This document shows positions 19,145 through 28,830 of a stretch of 64,000 nucleotides of DNA, in pieces. Under the pieces are notes generated by a model, which saw nothing but the letters and a program-made list of their open reading frames with translations, was not told the origin of the DNA and did not search any database. This stretch comes from Arcobacteraceae bacterium (GTDB lineage: Bacteria > Campylobacterota > Campylobacteria > Campylobacterales > Arcobacteraceae): positions 2,304,001-2,368,000 of the forward strand of contig OY759974.1 in assembly GCA_963662945.1 (NCBI GenBank), written 5' to 3'. The translations under genes and the position numbers were made by a program. How positions within the stretch are numbered: the first letter of the stretch is position 1; each line of letters begins with the position of its first letter.

Positions 19145-19856
19145 AGAAAAAGCTAGAGTAAAAACCTTTAAAATAGATGATATAGATGTTACTGGAAGAT
19201 CAAATAGTACAATCTTAGAGATAGCAAATGAACATAATATCAAGATACCAACTTTGTGTTATCTAGAAGGATTAAGCTGTGTTGGTGCATGTAGAATGTG
19301 TTTGATTGAAGTAAAAGGAAGTTCTAAACTAATACCAGCTTGTACTGCAAAGATTAAAGAAGGAATGGAAGTTATTACAAATTCTCCAAGAATAGAAAAA
19401 CACAGAAAAATGATACTTTCTATGATATTTGCAGAAAGAACTCATACGTGTAGCGTGTGTGTCTCAAATGGTCATTGTGAGTTACAAGATTTATCTGTTG
19501 AGTTAAATTTAGAACATAGTGTTGTTCCATATATTCATAAAAATTTTGATATTGATGCTTCCCATAAAGATTATATGTATGATCCAAATAGATGTATTTT
19601 ATGTACTCGATGTGTAAGAGTATGTGATGAGGTTGAAGGTGCTCATGCTTTAGATATCTTAGGGCGTGGAATTGATTCAAAAATTATTCATGATATGAAT
19701 GAGCCTTGGATCGATAGTGAAAGTTGTACAAGTTGTGGAAAATGTGTTCAAGTGTGTCCAACTGGTTCACTGTTTGAAAAAGGTGTTAGTGCAACAGAGA
19801 TGGTGAAAAAGAAAAATATAGTTACAAACTTAATCCAAATGAGGAAAGATAGATGA
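19137..19856 (+). CDS. hoxU: Bidirectional hydrogenase subunit HoxU (NuoG N-terminal-like)
   Basis: IPTLC...GACRMC...C, HTCSVCVSNGHCELQ, CILCTRCVRVC, CTSCGKCVQVCP. Confidence 0.92.
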   Translation: MIREKARVKTFKIDDIDVTGRSNSTILEIANEHNIKIPTLCYLEGLSCVGACRMCLIEVKGSSKLIPACTAKIKEGMEVITNSPRIEKHRKMILSMIFAERTHTCSVCVSNGHCELQDLSVELNLEHSVVPYIHKNFDIDASHKDYMYDPNRCILCTRCVRVCDEVEGAHALDILGRGIDSKIIHDMNEPWIDSESCTSCGKCVQVCPTGSLFEKGVSATEMVKKKNIVTNLIQMRKDR

Positions 19857-20389
19857 AAAAGTTGCGAGTAGGAACTATTTGGCTTGATGGATGTTCTGGA
19901 TGTCATATGTCTTTTTTAGATATGGATGAAAGACTAGTTGAATTATCACAATATATGGATGTGGTCTACAGTCCGTATGTGGATGCAAAAGAGATACCAA
20001 GTGATATTGATCTGTTTATCGTTGAGGGTGCTTTAAGTACAGACCATGATATTAAAATTATTAAAGAGATTAGAAAAAATTCTAAATTGATTTTAGCATT
20101 AGGTGATTGTGCCGTTACTGGAAATATTTCAGCTATGAAAAATCTTTTTGGAACAGATGCTGTTTTAGAGAAAGGATATTTTGATTTAGCAGATGAAAAT
20201 AAAGGGCAATATCCAAGTGAAGTTGTACCAACACTTTTAGATAAAGTTATCCCCCTAAACGAAGCTATTGATGTAGATTATTTTGTGCCAGGTTGTCCAA
20301 CTCCTGCTGATGCAATCTATGAAGTTATAAAAGCGATTATTGAAAATAGAGAGATAAAAATAAGTGATTATACAAGGTTTGGTAAATAA
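19853..20389 (+). CDS. hoxY: [NiFe]-hydrogenase small subunit HoxY
   Basis: WLDGCSGCHMSFLD, GDCAVTGN, PGCP; 178 aa single-cluster small subunit. Confidence 0.92.
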   Translation: MKKLRVGTIWLDGCSGCHMSFLDMDERLVELSQYMDVVYSPYVDAKEIPSDIDLFIVEGALSTDHDIKIIKEIRKNSKLILALGDCAVTGNISAMKNLFGTDAVLEKGYFDLADENKGQYPSEVVPTLLDKVIPLNEAIDVDYFVPGCPTPADAIYEVIKAIIENREIKISDYTRFGK

Positions 20390-20390
20390 T

Positions 20391-21821
20391 ATGGAAAAGA
20401 AAAAAATAGTAATCAGCCCCGTAACAAGAATAGAAGGTCATGCAAAAATCACAATAGACTTAAATGAACAAGGAAGTGTTGATGATGCAAGAATCCATGT
20501 GACACAGTACCGTGGTTTTGAGAAGATGTGTGAAGGTCGTCCTTATACAGAGATGCCAGCACTTACAGCTCGTACATGTGGTATTTGTCCTGTGAGTCAT
20601 GTTATCTCTTCTACAAAAGCATGTGATAATCTTCTTGCAGTTCGTCCACCTAAGGCTGCTAGAAATTTAAGAAGAATTATAAATTTAGCACAAATTATTC
20701 AATCTCACGCTTTGAATTTTTACCATTTAAGTAGTCCTGATTTTGTGTATGGATTTGATGCAGCTCCTGAAGATAGAAATATCTTTAAACTGATGCAGAC
20801 ACATCCTGATATGGCAAAAGATGGGATAGCATTAAGAGCTTTTGGACAAAAGATTATTGAAGAACTTGGTGGAAAAAGAATACATCCAACGTGGATAGTT
20901 CCAGGTGGAGTAAGTCACAAAATTACACAAGAACAAAAAGATAATATATTGGCACAAATTCCACACGCTATGGAGATAGCACAAAAAACATTGAAATACT
21001 TTGTTGAAAATCTTCATAAATTTCAAAAAGAGATTGAGAGTTTTGCTTCATTTCCATCCTTATTTATGGGACTTGTCAATAAAAAAGGAAATTTAGAACA
21101 CTATGATGGATTTTTACGATTTATTGATAGTGAGGGAAAAGTGTTAGAAGATGGTGTTGATCCAATATCATATAAAGATTATATTGGAGAAGCAGTTGAA
21201 AAAGATAGTTATTTAAAATCTCCATACTATAAACCACTAGGATATCCAAATGGTATGTATAGAGTTGGACCATTAGCAAGACTGAATGTAGCAAATGCTT
21301 GTGGCACACCATTAGCTGATAAGGAGTTTGAAAGATTCAAAAACTTAAATAATGGGAAGCCAGTGTTAAACTCTTTTTATTATCATTATGCAAGAATTAT
21401 TGAGATTATTTACGGTATTGAGAGAATAGAAGAGTTATTAAATGAACCAGAAACATTAAGTGATAATATTCGTTCTCATGCAGATATAAATAGAAATAAA
21501 GGTGTAGGTTGTAGTGAAGCACCGAGGGGAACTTTGTTTCATGATTATGAAGTAACTAATGATGGAATTATTACAGGGGTGAATCTTATTATTGCTACAG
21601 GAAACAATAATCTTGCTATGAATGCAGGGTTAAAACAAGTGGCACAGACATTTGTAGATGGAAACAATATTACAGATGGAGCTTTAAACAGAGTAGAAGC
21701 TGTAATAAGATGTTTTGATCCTTGTTTAAGTTGTTCAACTCATGCAACAGGAATTGTAACTTCAAGAATAGAAGTGAGAGACCACAATAAACAAATTATA
21801 GATGTAATACATAGGAATTAA
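20391..21821 (+). CDS. hoxH: [NiFe]-hydrogenase large subunit HoxH (group 3d)
   Basis: PVTRIEGHAKI, L1 RTCGICPVSH, L2 DPCLSCSTH, followed by a 25-aa cleavable tail. Start moved to ATG 20391. Confidence 0.94.
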   Translation: MEKKKIVISPVTRIEGHAKITIDLNEQGSVDDARIHVTQYRGFEKMCEGRPYTEMPALTARTCGICPVSHVISSTKACDNLLAVRPPKAARNLRRIINLAQIIQSHALNFYHLSSPDFVYGFDAAPEDRNIFKLMQTHPDMAKDGIALRAFGQKIIEELGGKRIHPTWIVPGGVSHKITQEQKDNILAQIPHAMEIAQKTLKYFVENLHKFQKEIESFASFPSLFMGLVNKKGNLEHYDGFLRFIDSEGKVLEDGVDPISYKDYIGEAVEKDSYLKSPYYKPLGYPNGMYRVGPLARLNVANACGTPLADKEFERFKNLNNGKPVLNSFYYHYARIIEIIYGIERIEELLNEPETLSDNIRSHADINRNKGVGCSEAPRGTLFHDYEVTNDGIITGVNLIIATGNNNLAMNAGLKQVAQTFVDGNNITDGALNRVEAVIRCFDPCLSCSTHATGIVTSRIEVRDHNKQIIDVIHRN

Positions 21822-21825
21822 AAGT

Positions 21826-22245
21826 TTGAGAGTTATTGTTGGTTTTGGAAATGATTTAAGAGGTGAAGATGGTTTTGGAGTTGATGTGATAAAAGAACTT
21901 CAAAAATATACTTTAGCAAATACAAAACTAATAAGTATTTTTCAACTTACACCTGAGTTGGCACTTGATTTAAAAGATTATGATGAAATTATATTTTTAG
22001 ATGCAGCTTATAGTGAAACAGAACATTATGCATTAGCTTGTAATCTTGAAAAAAATTATAATAATAGTAGTATTACACATCATATTAGTATTTTTATGAT
22101 TGTTAATATTTTAAATAATCTTTATAATCATTTTCCTAAATTTACAGTATATTCTATGCTAACTAATAGCTTTGAGAACATCAAAAGTGAAAAAGAATAT
22201 CAAAAAAACATAAAAACTATAGTAAAACATATAAAAAACTTATAA
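21826..22245 (+). CDS. hoxW: Hydrogenase maturation protease (HoxW-like)
   Basis: VGFGNDLRGEDGFG, QLTPELA, IFLDA, THH; immediately after hoxH; TTG start. Confidence 0.82.
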   Translation: MRVIVGFGNDLRGEDGFGVDVIKELQKYTLANTKLISIFQLTPELALDLKDYDEIIFLDAAYSETEHYALACNLEKNYNNSSITHHISIFMIVNILNNLYNHFPKFTVYSMLTNSFENIKSEKEYQKNIKTIVKHIKNL

Positions 22246-22271
22246 TATAAGTCTTTTTTAAGACTATATAA

Positions 22272-22280
22272 TGCTATAAT
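22272..22280 (+). promoter_or_regulatory. Extended -10 sigma70 promoter for hup
   Basis: TGCTATAAT (TGnTATAAT) about 30 nt upstream of the hup ATG. Confidence 0.65.
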
Positions 22281-22309
22281 GACGCTCATTAATTTTATAA
22301 AGGAAAAAA

Positions 22310-22582
22310 ATGAACAAAACAGAATTAATTGAAGCTATTGCTTCAAAGTCAGGGTTAACAAAAAAAGATGCAGGTCTTGCACTTGATGCAACATTAGTAA
22401 GTATAACAGATGCACTTGTAAAAGGTGATAGCGTTCAACTTATTGGTTTTGGTACATTTAGTACTTCTAAAAGAGCTGCTAGAGAAGGTAGAAACCCATC
22501 AACTGGTGCTACTATGAAAATAGCTGCATCTACAGTAGCAAAATTTAAAGTAGGTGCAAAATTAAAAGACGCAGTTAAATAA
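22310..22582 (+). CDS. hup: DNA-binding protein HU
   Basis: MNKTELIEAIA...VQLIGFGTF...RAAREGRNPSTG...KFKVGAKLKDAV. Confidence 0.96.
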   Translation: MNKTELIEAIASKSGLTKKDAGLALDATLVSITDALVKGDSVQLIGFGTFSTSKRAAREGRNPSTGATMKIAASTVAKFKVGAKLKDAVK

Positions 22583-22599
22583 TTTAACTCTCTTCTAAT

Positions 22600-22637
22600 A
22601 AAAAAGGCCTCTTCAAAATTGAAGAGGCCTTTTTTTT
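22600..22637. terminator. Bidirectional rho-independent terminator
   Basis: AAAAAAGGCCTCTTCAA-AA-TTGAAGAGGCCTTTTTTTT between convergent genes. Confidence 0.9.
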
Positions 22638-22645
22638 AATGACTA

Positions 22646-23990
22646 CTAAATATCTGACATAATTGTATTGATATCTTTTTTAGTTATATTTGTTTGTAAA
22701 ACTTTATCCCAAGTTTTATTTTCTGCTTTATTTATAATTGAGTATTGAAAATTATTTGAATATTTGTAAATTTTTTTATTTCCATATCTAGATTCTAAGA
22801 TTAAAGGAGGAAGGTTTTGTTTATAAAAATATGCTAATGCAATATTCTCTTCTGATATTTCATTCTTTGAAATTTTCAAAGGTTTATCCATAGATATAAT
22901 TTTTAATTTATTAGGTGATATTCCTAATTTTACTAAGAATAAATATTTTAATAGGGCATATTCTTCACTATCTCCATATCCAGTTCCTATAAACTCTAAA
23001 GGTGTAGACCAATAGTTGTTCTTTTTCCAATGTTTGTTATCGCTTAAAAAATGAAGATTATTTACTAATTAATGTACTTTTACAAGTTTATAGACGTTAT
23101 CTTTTTTTACGAGTTGCTCTAGGTTGTTATTGACAAAATCAAGTCTTACAATAGCTTTATTCCCATATTTTCTATTATATGCAATTAAAGTTTCACTATT
23201 TAATGAAATCATATAAAAGTAGTTTGACTGTAAATCAGTATTTTTAGCCATACTTTTTAATTTATCAATATCATTAGAATCTTTTTTCCCAATAATAAGA
23301 CTTTTTATAGCATAAGTTTTTATATCATTATGAAGAAAAGTATATGTTGATTTAGAAAGAGTGGTTGTATGGATATGTTTGTTAGTGGTTATCTCTTTAT
23401 CAACTTCTAATAATTTTAAATTTTGGTATTTTAATAGTAAACTTGATGGTGCTCTAGTTACATAAAAAACAACATCAATTTTTCCTTTTTCAAGTAAATC
23501 TAATCCTTCTTTGATGGAAAGTTCTAATGTTTTTCCAAATTCAATATTATAATTTTGTTCAACATAAGCAGCAGTAACACTATTACCACTTTTTTTACCA
23601 CCACAAACCATTGTTTTCCCATTTAAATCTTCAATAGTATTAATTTTACTTTTTTTATTTACAATAATATGGAGAGTTTCTTCATAATCTTCATTGAGTA
23701 TTTCAACTAAATCACTTGCTTTCTTATTATATTGTTTATAAAAAATATCTAACATTGCCAAAGCATCTGATTGTACTATTGCTACATCTGCTTTTTTTTT
23801 CTGCAATTAAAAGCATATTTTCTACAGAACCTGATGTTGTGATAACTTTAGCTTTTCCATCAAATAGTTTTTGATTAAGTTCTAAACCAACTTTATAATA
23901 ATTTCCAGTTTTTTCGCCTGTTGCAATTATTTTGTCATTTGCTTGTAAAAATACAAAAGTCAAAAAAAAGAAAATGATTCCATACCTCAT
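22646..23990 (-). pseudogene. Disrupted fusion gene: TAXI-type TRAP solute-binding domain + inactive transglutaminase-like cysteine protease (BTLCP/LapG-like) domain
   Basis: Signal peptide and ATGEKTGNYY...TSGSVEN (ORF 23736-23990) join KADVAIVQSD (ORF 23069-23806) if one A is removed from the A9 run at 23792-23800. Past the TAA at 23069-23071 the same frame continues LVNNLHFLSDNKHWKKNNYWSTPLEFIGTGYGDSEEYALLKY... into ORF 22646-22891. Confidence 0.82.
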
Positions 23991-24019
23991 TGATTTCCTT
24001 TAATGTAAAATTTTAATCA

Positions 24020-25201
24020 TTATAATTTTATCGTAATAATAAATTTTACTCCATTTTCAATATTTTCTACATTAATTGAGGCATTAATCTTTTCTAAAAT
24101 CAATTTTGAGATATGAAGTCCAATACCTGTTCCTTCGTTATGTGATTTTGTTGTAAAGTTAGGGATAAAGACTTTATCCAAAATTTCAGGAGCTATTCCT
24201 CCCGCGTTGTCTTGTGTTGAGAGTTGAATGCAATCTTCATATTTTTTTACATCAATAAGTATTTTTCTATTTTTTATGTTTCTTTCAATAAATGCATCTT
24301 TGGAATTTGTAATAAGATTAAGTAAAACGTGTTTAAATTCATTTAAAATGATATCTATAGTAATACTAGTATCACCTGTTATCTCAATTGAGATATTGTG
24401 TTTTATAAGTTCATCTTTAACTAACGTTGTGACAGATTGTAAAAGATTTTTAATTGATACATTACTTCTTTTTGTATCTATTCTAAAAAAGTCTTTAAAT
24501 TCATTAATTGTACTTAAAGCATGTTCAACTTGATTATTTATACTTTCTAAAGATTCTTGAAGATAACTTTTATCTAAATCATTGTGTATTAGTTCATTTT
24601 GAACCGATTGTGTTCTTAGTTTAATAATAGATAATGGTTGTTTGAATTGATGTGCAATACTATCGATCATTTCCCCCATTGCAGCAAATTTTTCTCGTTC
24701 TTGTATAAATTTATTTTTTTCAAGAACTTCTTCTAATTGTTCCTGAACTTTGTGTTCTAAATAGAGATTATATTCTTCTAGTTTCTTTTTATTTTTTATT
24801 TTTTCAACACTTTTATATATTAGCGCTGTAAATTGCTGAAAGTCTAAAGGTTTAATAATATAACCATCTATACCAAGTTTTATTGTTTCTATAAAATATT
24901 CTGGTTTAATATATGCCGATAATATCAATATAACTACATCTGAAGACATCTTTCTAATTTCTGAAATCATGTTGATCCCATTCATATTTGGCATATCTAT
25001 ATCAGAAATGATAAGATCAAATGAAGTGTTTTTGAATTTTTCTAAAGCATCGATTCCATCATTAGCAGTAGTTATATTTGTAAAAAATTCAGATAAAATA
25101 TCAATTGTAATTAGTTGTAAGTTTTCATCATCTTCTACATACAGTATATTAAGATGATTACTAAAGTTTTTTACTTTAATTAGTTTTTCCATATTTATCA
25201 T
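24020..25201 (-). CDS. Soluble hybrid response regulator-histidine kinase
   Basis: REC (LYVEDD, SDIDMP, KP), H-box IAHQFKQPL, DNAGG and GTGIGL. Confidence 0.92.
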   Translation of the reverse strand: MINMEKLIKVKNFSNHLNILYVEDDENLQLITIDILSEFFTNITTANDGIDALEKFKNTSFDLIISDIDMPNMNGINMISEIRKMSSDVVILILSAYIKPEYFIETIKLGIDGYIIKPLDFQQFTALIYKSVEKIKNKKKLEEYNLYLEHKVQEQLEEVLEKNKFIQEREKFAAMGEMIDSIAHQFKQPLSIIKLRTQSVQNELIHNDLDKSYLQESLESINNQVEHALSTINEFKDFFRIDTKRSNVSIKNLLQSVTTLVKDELIKHNISIEITGDTSITIDIILNEFKHVLLNLITNSKDAFIERNIKNRKILIDVKKYEDCIQLSTQDNAGGIAPEILDKVFIPNFTTKSHNEGTGIGLHISKLILEKINASINVENIENGVKFIITIKL

Positions 25202-25292
25202 TATTAATATCCTTTTTTAAGCAAAATATAATGTTTTGAAAATATAACATAAATTCTGTTAATATAAAGAAAAAAAAGATACAATTCGTCTG

Positions 25293-27239
25293 ATGAAAAA
25301 AACACTATTAGCAATAACATGTATTCTAATTTTATTTGTACTAATAAACTATAATTATTATCAAACTAAAATAGAAGAAAAAAATATTGAAATTTATAAA
25401 ACTAACACTAAAAAAATCAAAAATATCTTTAGAGAACTCGTTGCACATAAACAAGGAAGAACAGCTGCAATAACCTATATCCTTAGTCAAGATACAAAAA
25501 TAATAGAAGCCTTAGTTACAAATGATAATTCTCTTATCAATTATACAGATACAATTAAGGGAATAGAACAATATGATAATTATAAAAACTTATGGATACA
25601 AATTATAGATAAAAATGGAAAAAGTTTCTATAGAAGTTGGACACACCATGTTGGAGATAGTGTAACAGCAGTACGAGATGATATAGTGTCAATGATAAAA
25701 AATCCAAGAGCTATGAATCAAATAAGCACTGGTAGATTTGATATGACATTTAAAACAATTCTTCCTTTATATAAAGGGAAAGAGTTTGTTGGGATGATGG
25801 AAACAATTTCTCATTTTAATTCAATTGCAGATGAATTGAATTTAATGGGTATCAACAGTGTTATGCTTGCCGATAAAAGTTATAAAAAAAGATTTATAGA
25901 ACCATTAACGGGATTATTTATTCATGATTATTATGTTGTAAATAAAGATGCATCAAAAGAGTTAATGAATCTTATTAACAATCATGGAATTGATAAATTT
26001 ATCAATAATAAAGATTATTTTATATTAAAGAACTATTTAGTAGTAACAGATGAAATTAAAAATATTGAAAATAAGCCTATGGGATATTTTATACTTTTTA
26101 AAAATTTAGATGATATTGATATGTCTCAAATTCATGAGTTTAAAATATCTTATTTTAAATTGTTAATAATATTAGGTGTTTTTACTACTCTTTTATTATT
26201 ACTTTATATCAATAGAAAGTTTGTGAAAGCTTTAAATAAAGAAGTTCGACAAAAAACAAATAAAATAAATAAACAAAAAGAGTATTTAAAGTCATTGCTA
26301 GAAATATATGATAAACATGTCATTTTTTCAAAAACAGATTTAAGTGGAGTGATTACCCATGTAAGTGAAGCTTTTTGTAAAATAAGTGGATATACAAAAG
26401 AAGAACTTATAGGACATAATCATAATATTATTCGACATCCAGATATGCCAAGTATTACCTTTACGTATTTATGGGAAGAGTTAAAAAAAGAAAATAGAGT
26501 TAATCTCGAGGTGAAGAACCTTAAAAAAGATGGTGGATATTATTGGGTTGATGCGGAAATAGAACCAGAATATGATAAAGAGGGTATCCTTATAGGTTAT
26601 AACGCTGTAAGGGAAAATATTACGGCAAATAAGGATATTGAAGATATTCAAAAAGAGATTATTTTTACTATGGGATCTATAGGAGAAAGTAGAAGTAAAG
26701 AAACAGGAAACCACGTACGAAGAGTTGCAGAGTATTCAAAATTATTAGCGACTCTGTATGGCTTAAATGAAGAAGAGTGTGAAATATTAAAACAAGCAAG
26801 TCCAATGCATGATATTGGAAAAGTTGCAATTCCTGACTCTATACTTAATAAAGCTGGTATTCTTGATGATGAAGAGATGTTCATAATGAAAACACATGTT
26901 GATAAAGGTTATGAAATGTTAAAAACATCAGATAGACCTTTGTTAAAAACAGCAGCAATCGTAGCATTAGAACATCATGAAAGATGGGATGGAAATGGTT
27001 ATCCAAAAGGGCTAAAAGAAGAAAACATTAGTATTTATGGAAGAATAACAGCTATTGCAGATGTTTTTGATGCATTAGGTAGTGATAGATGTTATAAAAA
27101 AGCTTGGAATGATGATGCGATTTTTCAATATTTTCAAGAAGAAAAGGGAAAACACTTTGATCCAAAATTAGTAGAATTATTTTTTGATAACTTAGAACAG
27201 TTTCTAGAAATTCGAGAGATTTATAAAGATAAACTCTAA
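25293..27239 (+). CDS. Membrane Cache/PAS/HD-GYP c-di-GMP phosphodiesterase
   Basis: 2 TM, PAS (ELIGHNHNIIRHPDMP), HDIGKVAIPDSIL, HHERWDGNGYPKGL, IADVFDAL. Confidence 0.92.
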   Translation: MKKTLLAITCILILFVLINYNYYQTKIEEKNIEIYKTNTKKIKNIFRELVAHKQGRTAAITYILSQDTKIIEALVTNDNSLINYTDTIKGIEQYDNYKNLWIQIIDKNGKSFYRSWTHHVGDSVTAVRDDIVSMIKNPRAMNQISTGRFDMTFKTILPLYKGKEFVGMMETISHFNSIADELNLMGINSVMLADKSYKKRFIEPLTGLFIHDYYVVNKDASKELMNLINNHGIDKFINNKDYFILKNYLVVTDEIKNIENKPMGYFILFKNLDDIDMSQIHEFKISYFKLLIILGVFTTLLLLLYINRKFVKALNKEVRQKTNKINKQKEYLKSLLEIYDKHVIFSKTDLSGVITHVSEAFCKISGYTKEELIGHNHNIIRHPDMPSITFTYLWEELKKENRVNLEVKNLKKDGGYYWVDAEIEPEYDKEGILIGYNAVRENITANKDIEDIQKEIIFTMGSIGESRSKETGNHVRRVAEYSKLLATLYGLNEEECEILKQASPMHDIGKVAIPDSILNKAGILDDEEMFIMKTHVDKGYEMLKTSDRPLLKTAAIVALEHHERWDGNGYPKGLKEENISIYGRITAIADVFDALGSDRCYKKAWNDDAIFQYFQEEKGKHFDPKLVELFFDNLEQFLEIREIYKDKL

Positions 27240-28144
27240 ATAAACTCTTGGGCGATAGTATCTCCAAATTCCCAAAAAAGTTTTTGAATGATTTTTTTAT
27301 CTTTTATTTTACTATCAAATTCTTCAAAATCCTGATTAAATCTTTCAATATAATTAAATATATCTCTTAAAACAAATTCTTTTTGAGTATGATATTTTTC
27401 ATTTTTAAGTGCCGCTTTTATAATGGTTTCATCGAAAAGGTCTGTTTTTTGCAGTATGCTTATATCATATTGTACAGCATTTGTTATATATTCTAAATCA
27501 CCATGAAACTTTTCACATAAATTATCAAAACATCCTAGCTTACTCACAAATCTTTTATCACTTAAAAGATCTCTATCAATATATTTTAAAATTTTTTGTT
27601 TCATATCATGATCAAAAGTATAATTCATAATATCAATTATAAAATATTTATTTCTTCTGAGGTTTTGTGCATAGCGTAAGTTTTCGATGTTTCTTGTAGT
27701 TGCCATAAGAGCTATCTCGTGATCTAGTTGGTAAACTTCTGGCATATGTTGTAATATAGCTGGTTTGAATTTAGCTGGATCATCTAAGTTCTCTTCTTTT
27801 GATGCTGCTAAAAGTGCTAACTCTCTACTGGCTTGTAGACTTTTATCTAAATAGATGTATGTTCTATTATATTTAGCTATGGCATCTCTTGCAAATTCAA
27901 AATCTTTTAAAAGATTTTTATCTATATTATTTAATATATCATCACCCATACCATTATTTATATGATGATTCCACATATCTTTTTTTGCTGCATTTTGAGG
28001 TGAAGTACTATGTGAAGTTACTCCTAGAAGTCGTATCATAATATGCTTGTTTGAGTAGTATTCATAAGGGATAGCTTGTAGTAATAACTTTTTTTCTTGC
28101 CAATACTTAACATTATCAAATATACTATCAATTATTTTTGTCAA
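27236..28144 (-). CDS. Hypothetical protein with DUF4116-like short repeats
   Basis: Repeated L.KD.EFA..A...Y...L units; TTG start with AAAGGG RBS. Confidence 0.6.
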   Translation of the reverse strand: MTKIIDSIFDNVKYWQEKKLLLQAIPYEYYSNKHIMIRLLGVTSHSTSPQNAAKKDMWNHHINNGMGDDILNNIDKNLLKDFEFARDAIAKYNRTYIYLDKSLQASRELALLAASKEENLDDPAKFKPAILQHMPEVYQLDHEIALMATTRNIENLRYAQNLRRNKYFIIDIMNYTFDHDMKQKILKYIDRDLLSDKRFVSKLGCFDNLCEKFHGDLEYITNAVQYDISILQKTDLFDETIIKAALKNEKYHTQKEFVLRDIFNYIERFNQDFEEFDSKIKDKKIIQKLFWEFGDTIAQEFI

Positions 28145-28214
28145 GAATACCCTTTATCATATTTGTATTATATTCTTAAATAATAACATAAAAGTTACAA
28201 AATAAAAATTAATA

Positions 28215-28706
28215 TTAATATATTGTACCAATTTTTTCAATAAGAATATCATTATGGTCTACAAATCTATCACATTTTATGCCACCAACATCAAAGCAAA
28301 ATTTTTGCCATAAAGTTGTATGTCCACCATTTTCCTCTTCAAATTTACCAAAATAGAACATAAGTGCATGGGCATATTCATGGGGTAAAACATAATTTAT
28401 CATGTAATTCTCATTTTCTTGAAATCGTTTTTTATTAAGTTCGATTTTGATTTTTCCATGTTTATAACTAGCAAGTCCATAAAGATTAATAGGAAGTTCA
28501 TTTGTAACTATTATGGGGATGTTAAAATGTATATTGTATTTGTTGAGTATTTGTTGTTTTATAAGCTTATTTTTATGGTTTAGTTTTGAAATAATCGCTT
28601 GTGGTAATGGATTGTCTCTAAATTGTATATCTTTATATGTGATATACATAAAGAGTAGAAGTGATATTACTGTTATTGCGAGAAATATTTTAAAAATTTT
28701 ATTCAT
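28215..28706 (-). CDS. SprT-like zinc metalloprotease, membrane anchored
   Basis: N-terminal TM, VLPHEYAHAL (HExxH), GH...W. Confidence 0.8.
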   Translation of the reverse strand: MNKIFKIFLAITVISLLLFMYITYKDIQFRDNPLPQAIISKLNHKNKLIKQQILNKYNIHFNIPIIVTNELPINLYGLASYKHGKIKIELNKKRFQENENYMINYVLPHEYAHALMFYFGKFEEENGGHTTLWQKFCFDVGGIKCDRFVDHNDILIEKIGTIY

Positions 28707-28830
28707 TTTTATATTAGATAGTAATCTCTTGTACTTTTTCTTTAACTTTAGAATTTTCTTTTTCCATTTCAGTACCTATTTTTATAATAATATTAGTATA
28801 ATACCGAAAATTTATTAAAGGTGAAAGCTC

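Noticed and set aside
17055-19856. Calling hoxEFU respiratory complex I nuoEFG
   Set aside because: The third subunit is only 239 aa and is followed by NiFe small/large subunits and a maturation protease; no membrane Nuo subunits are present.
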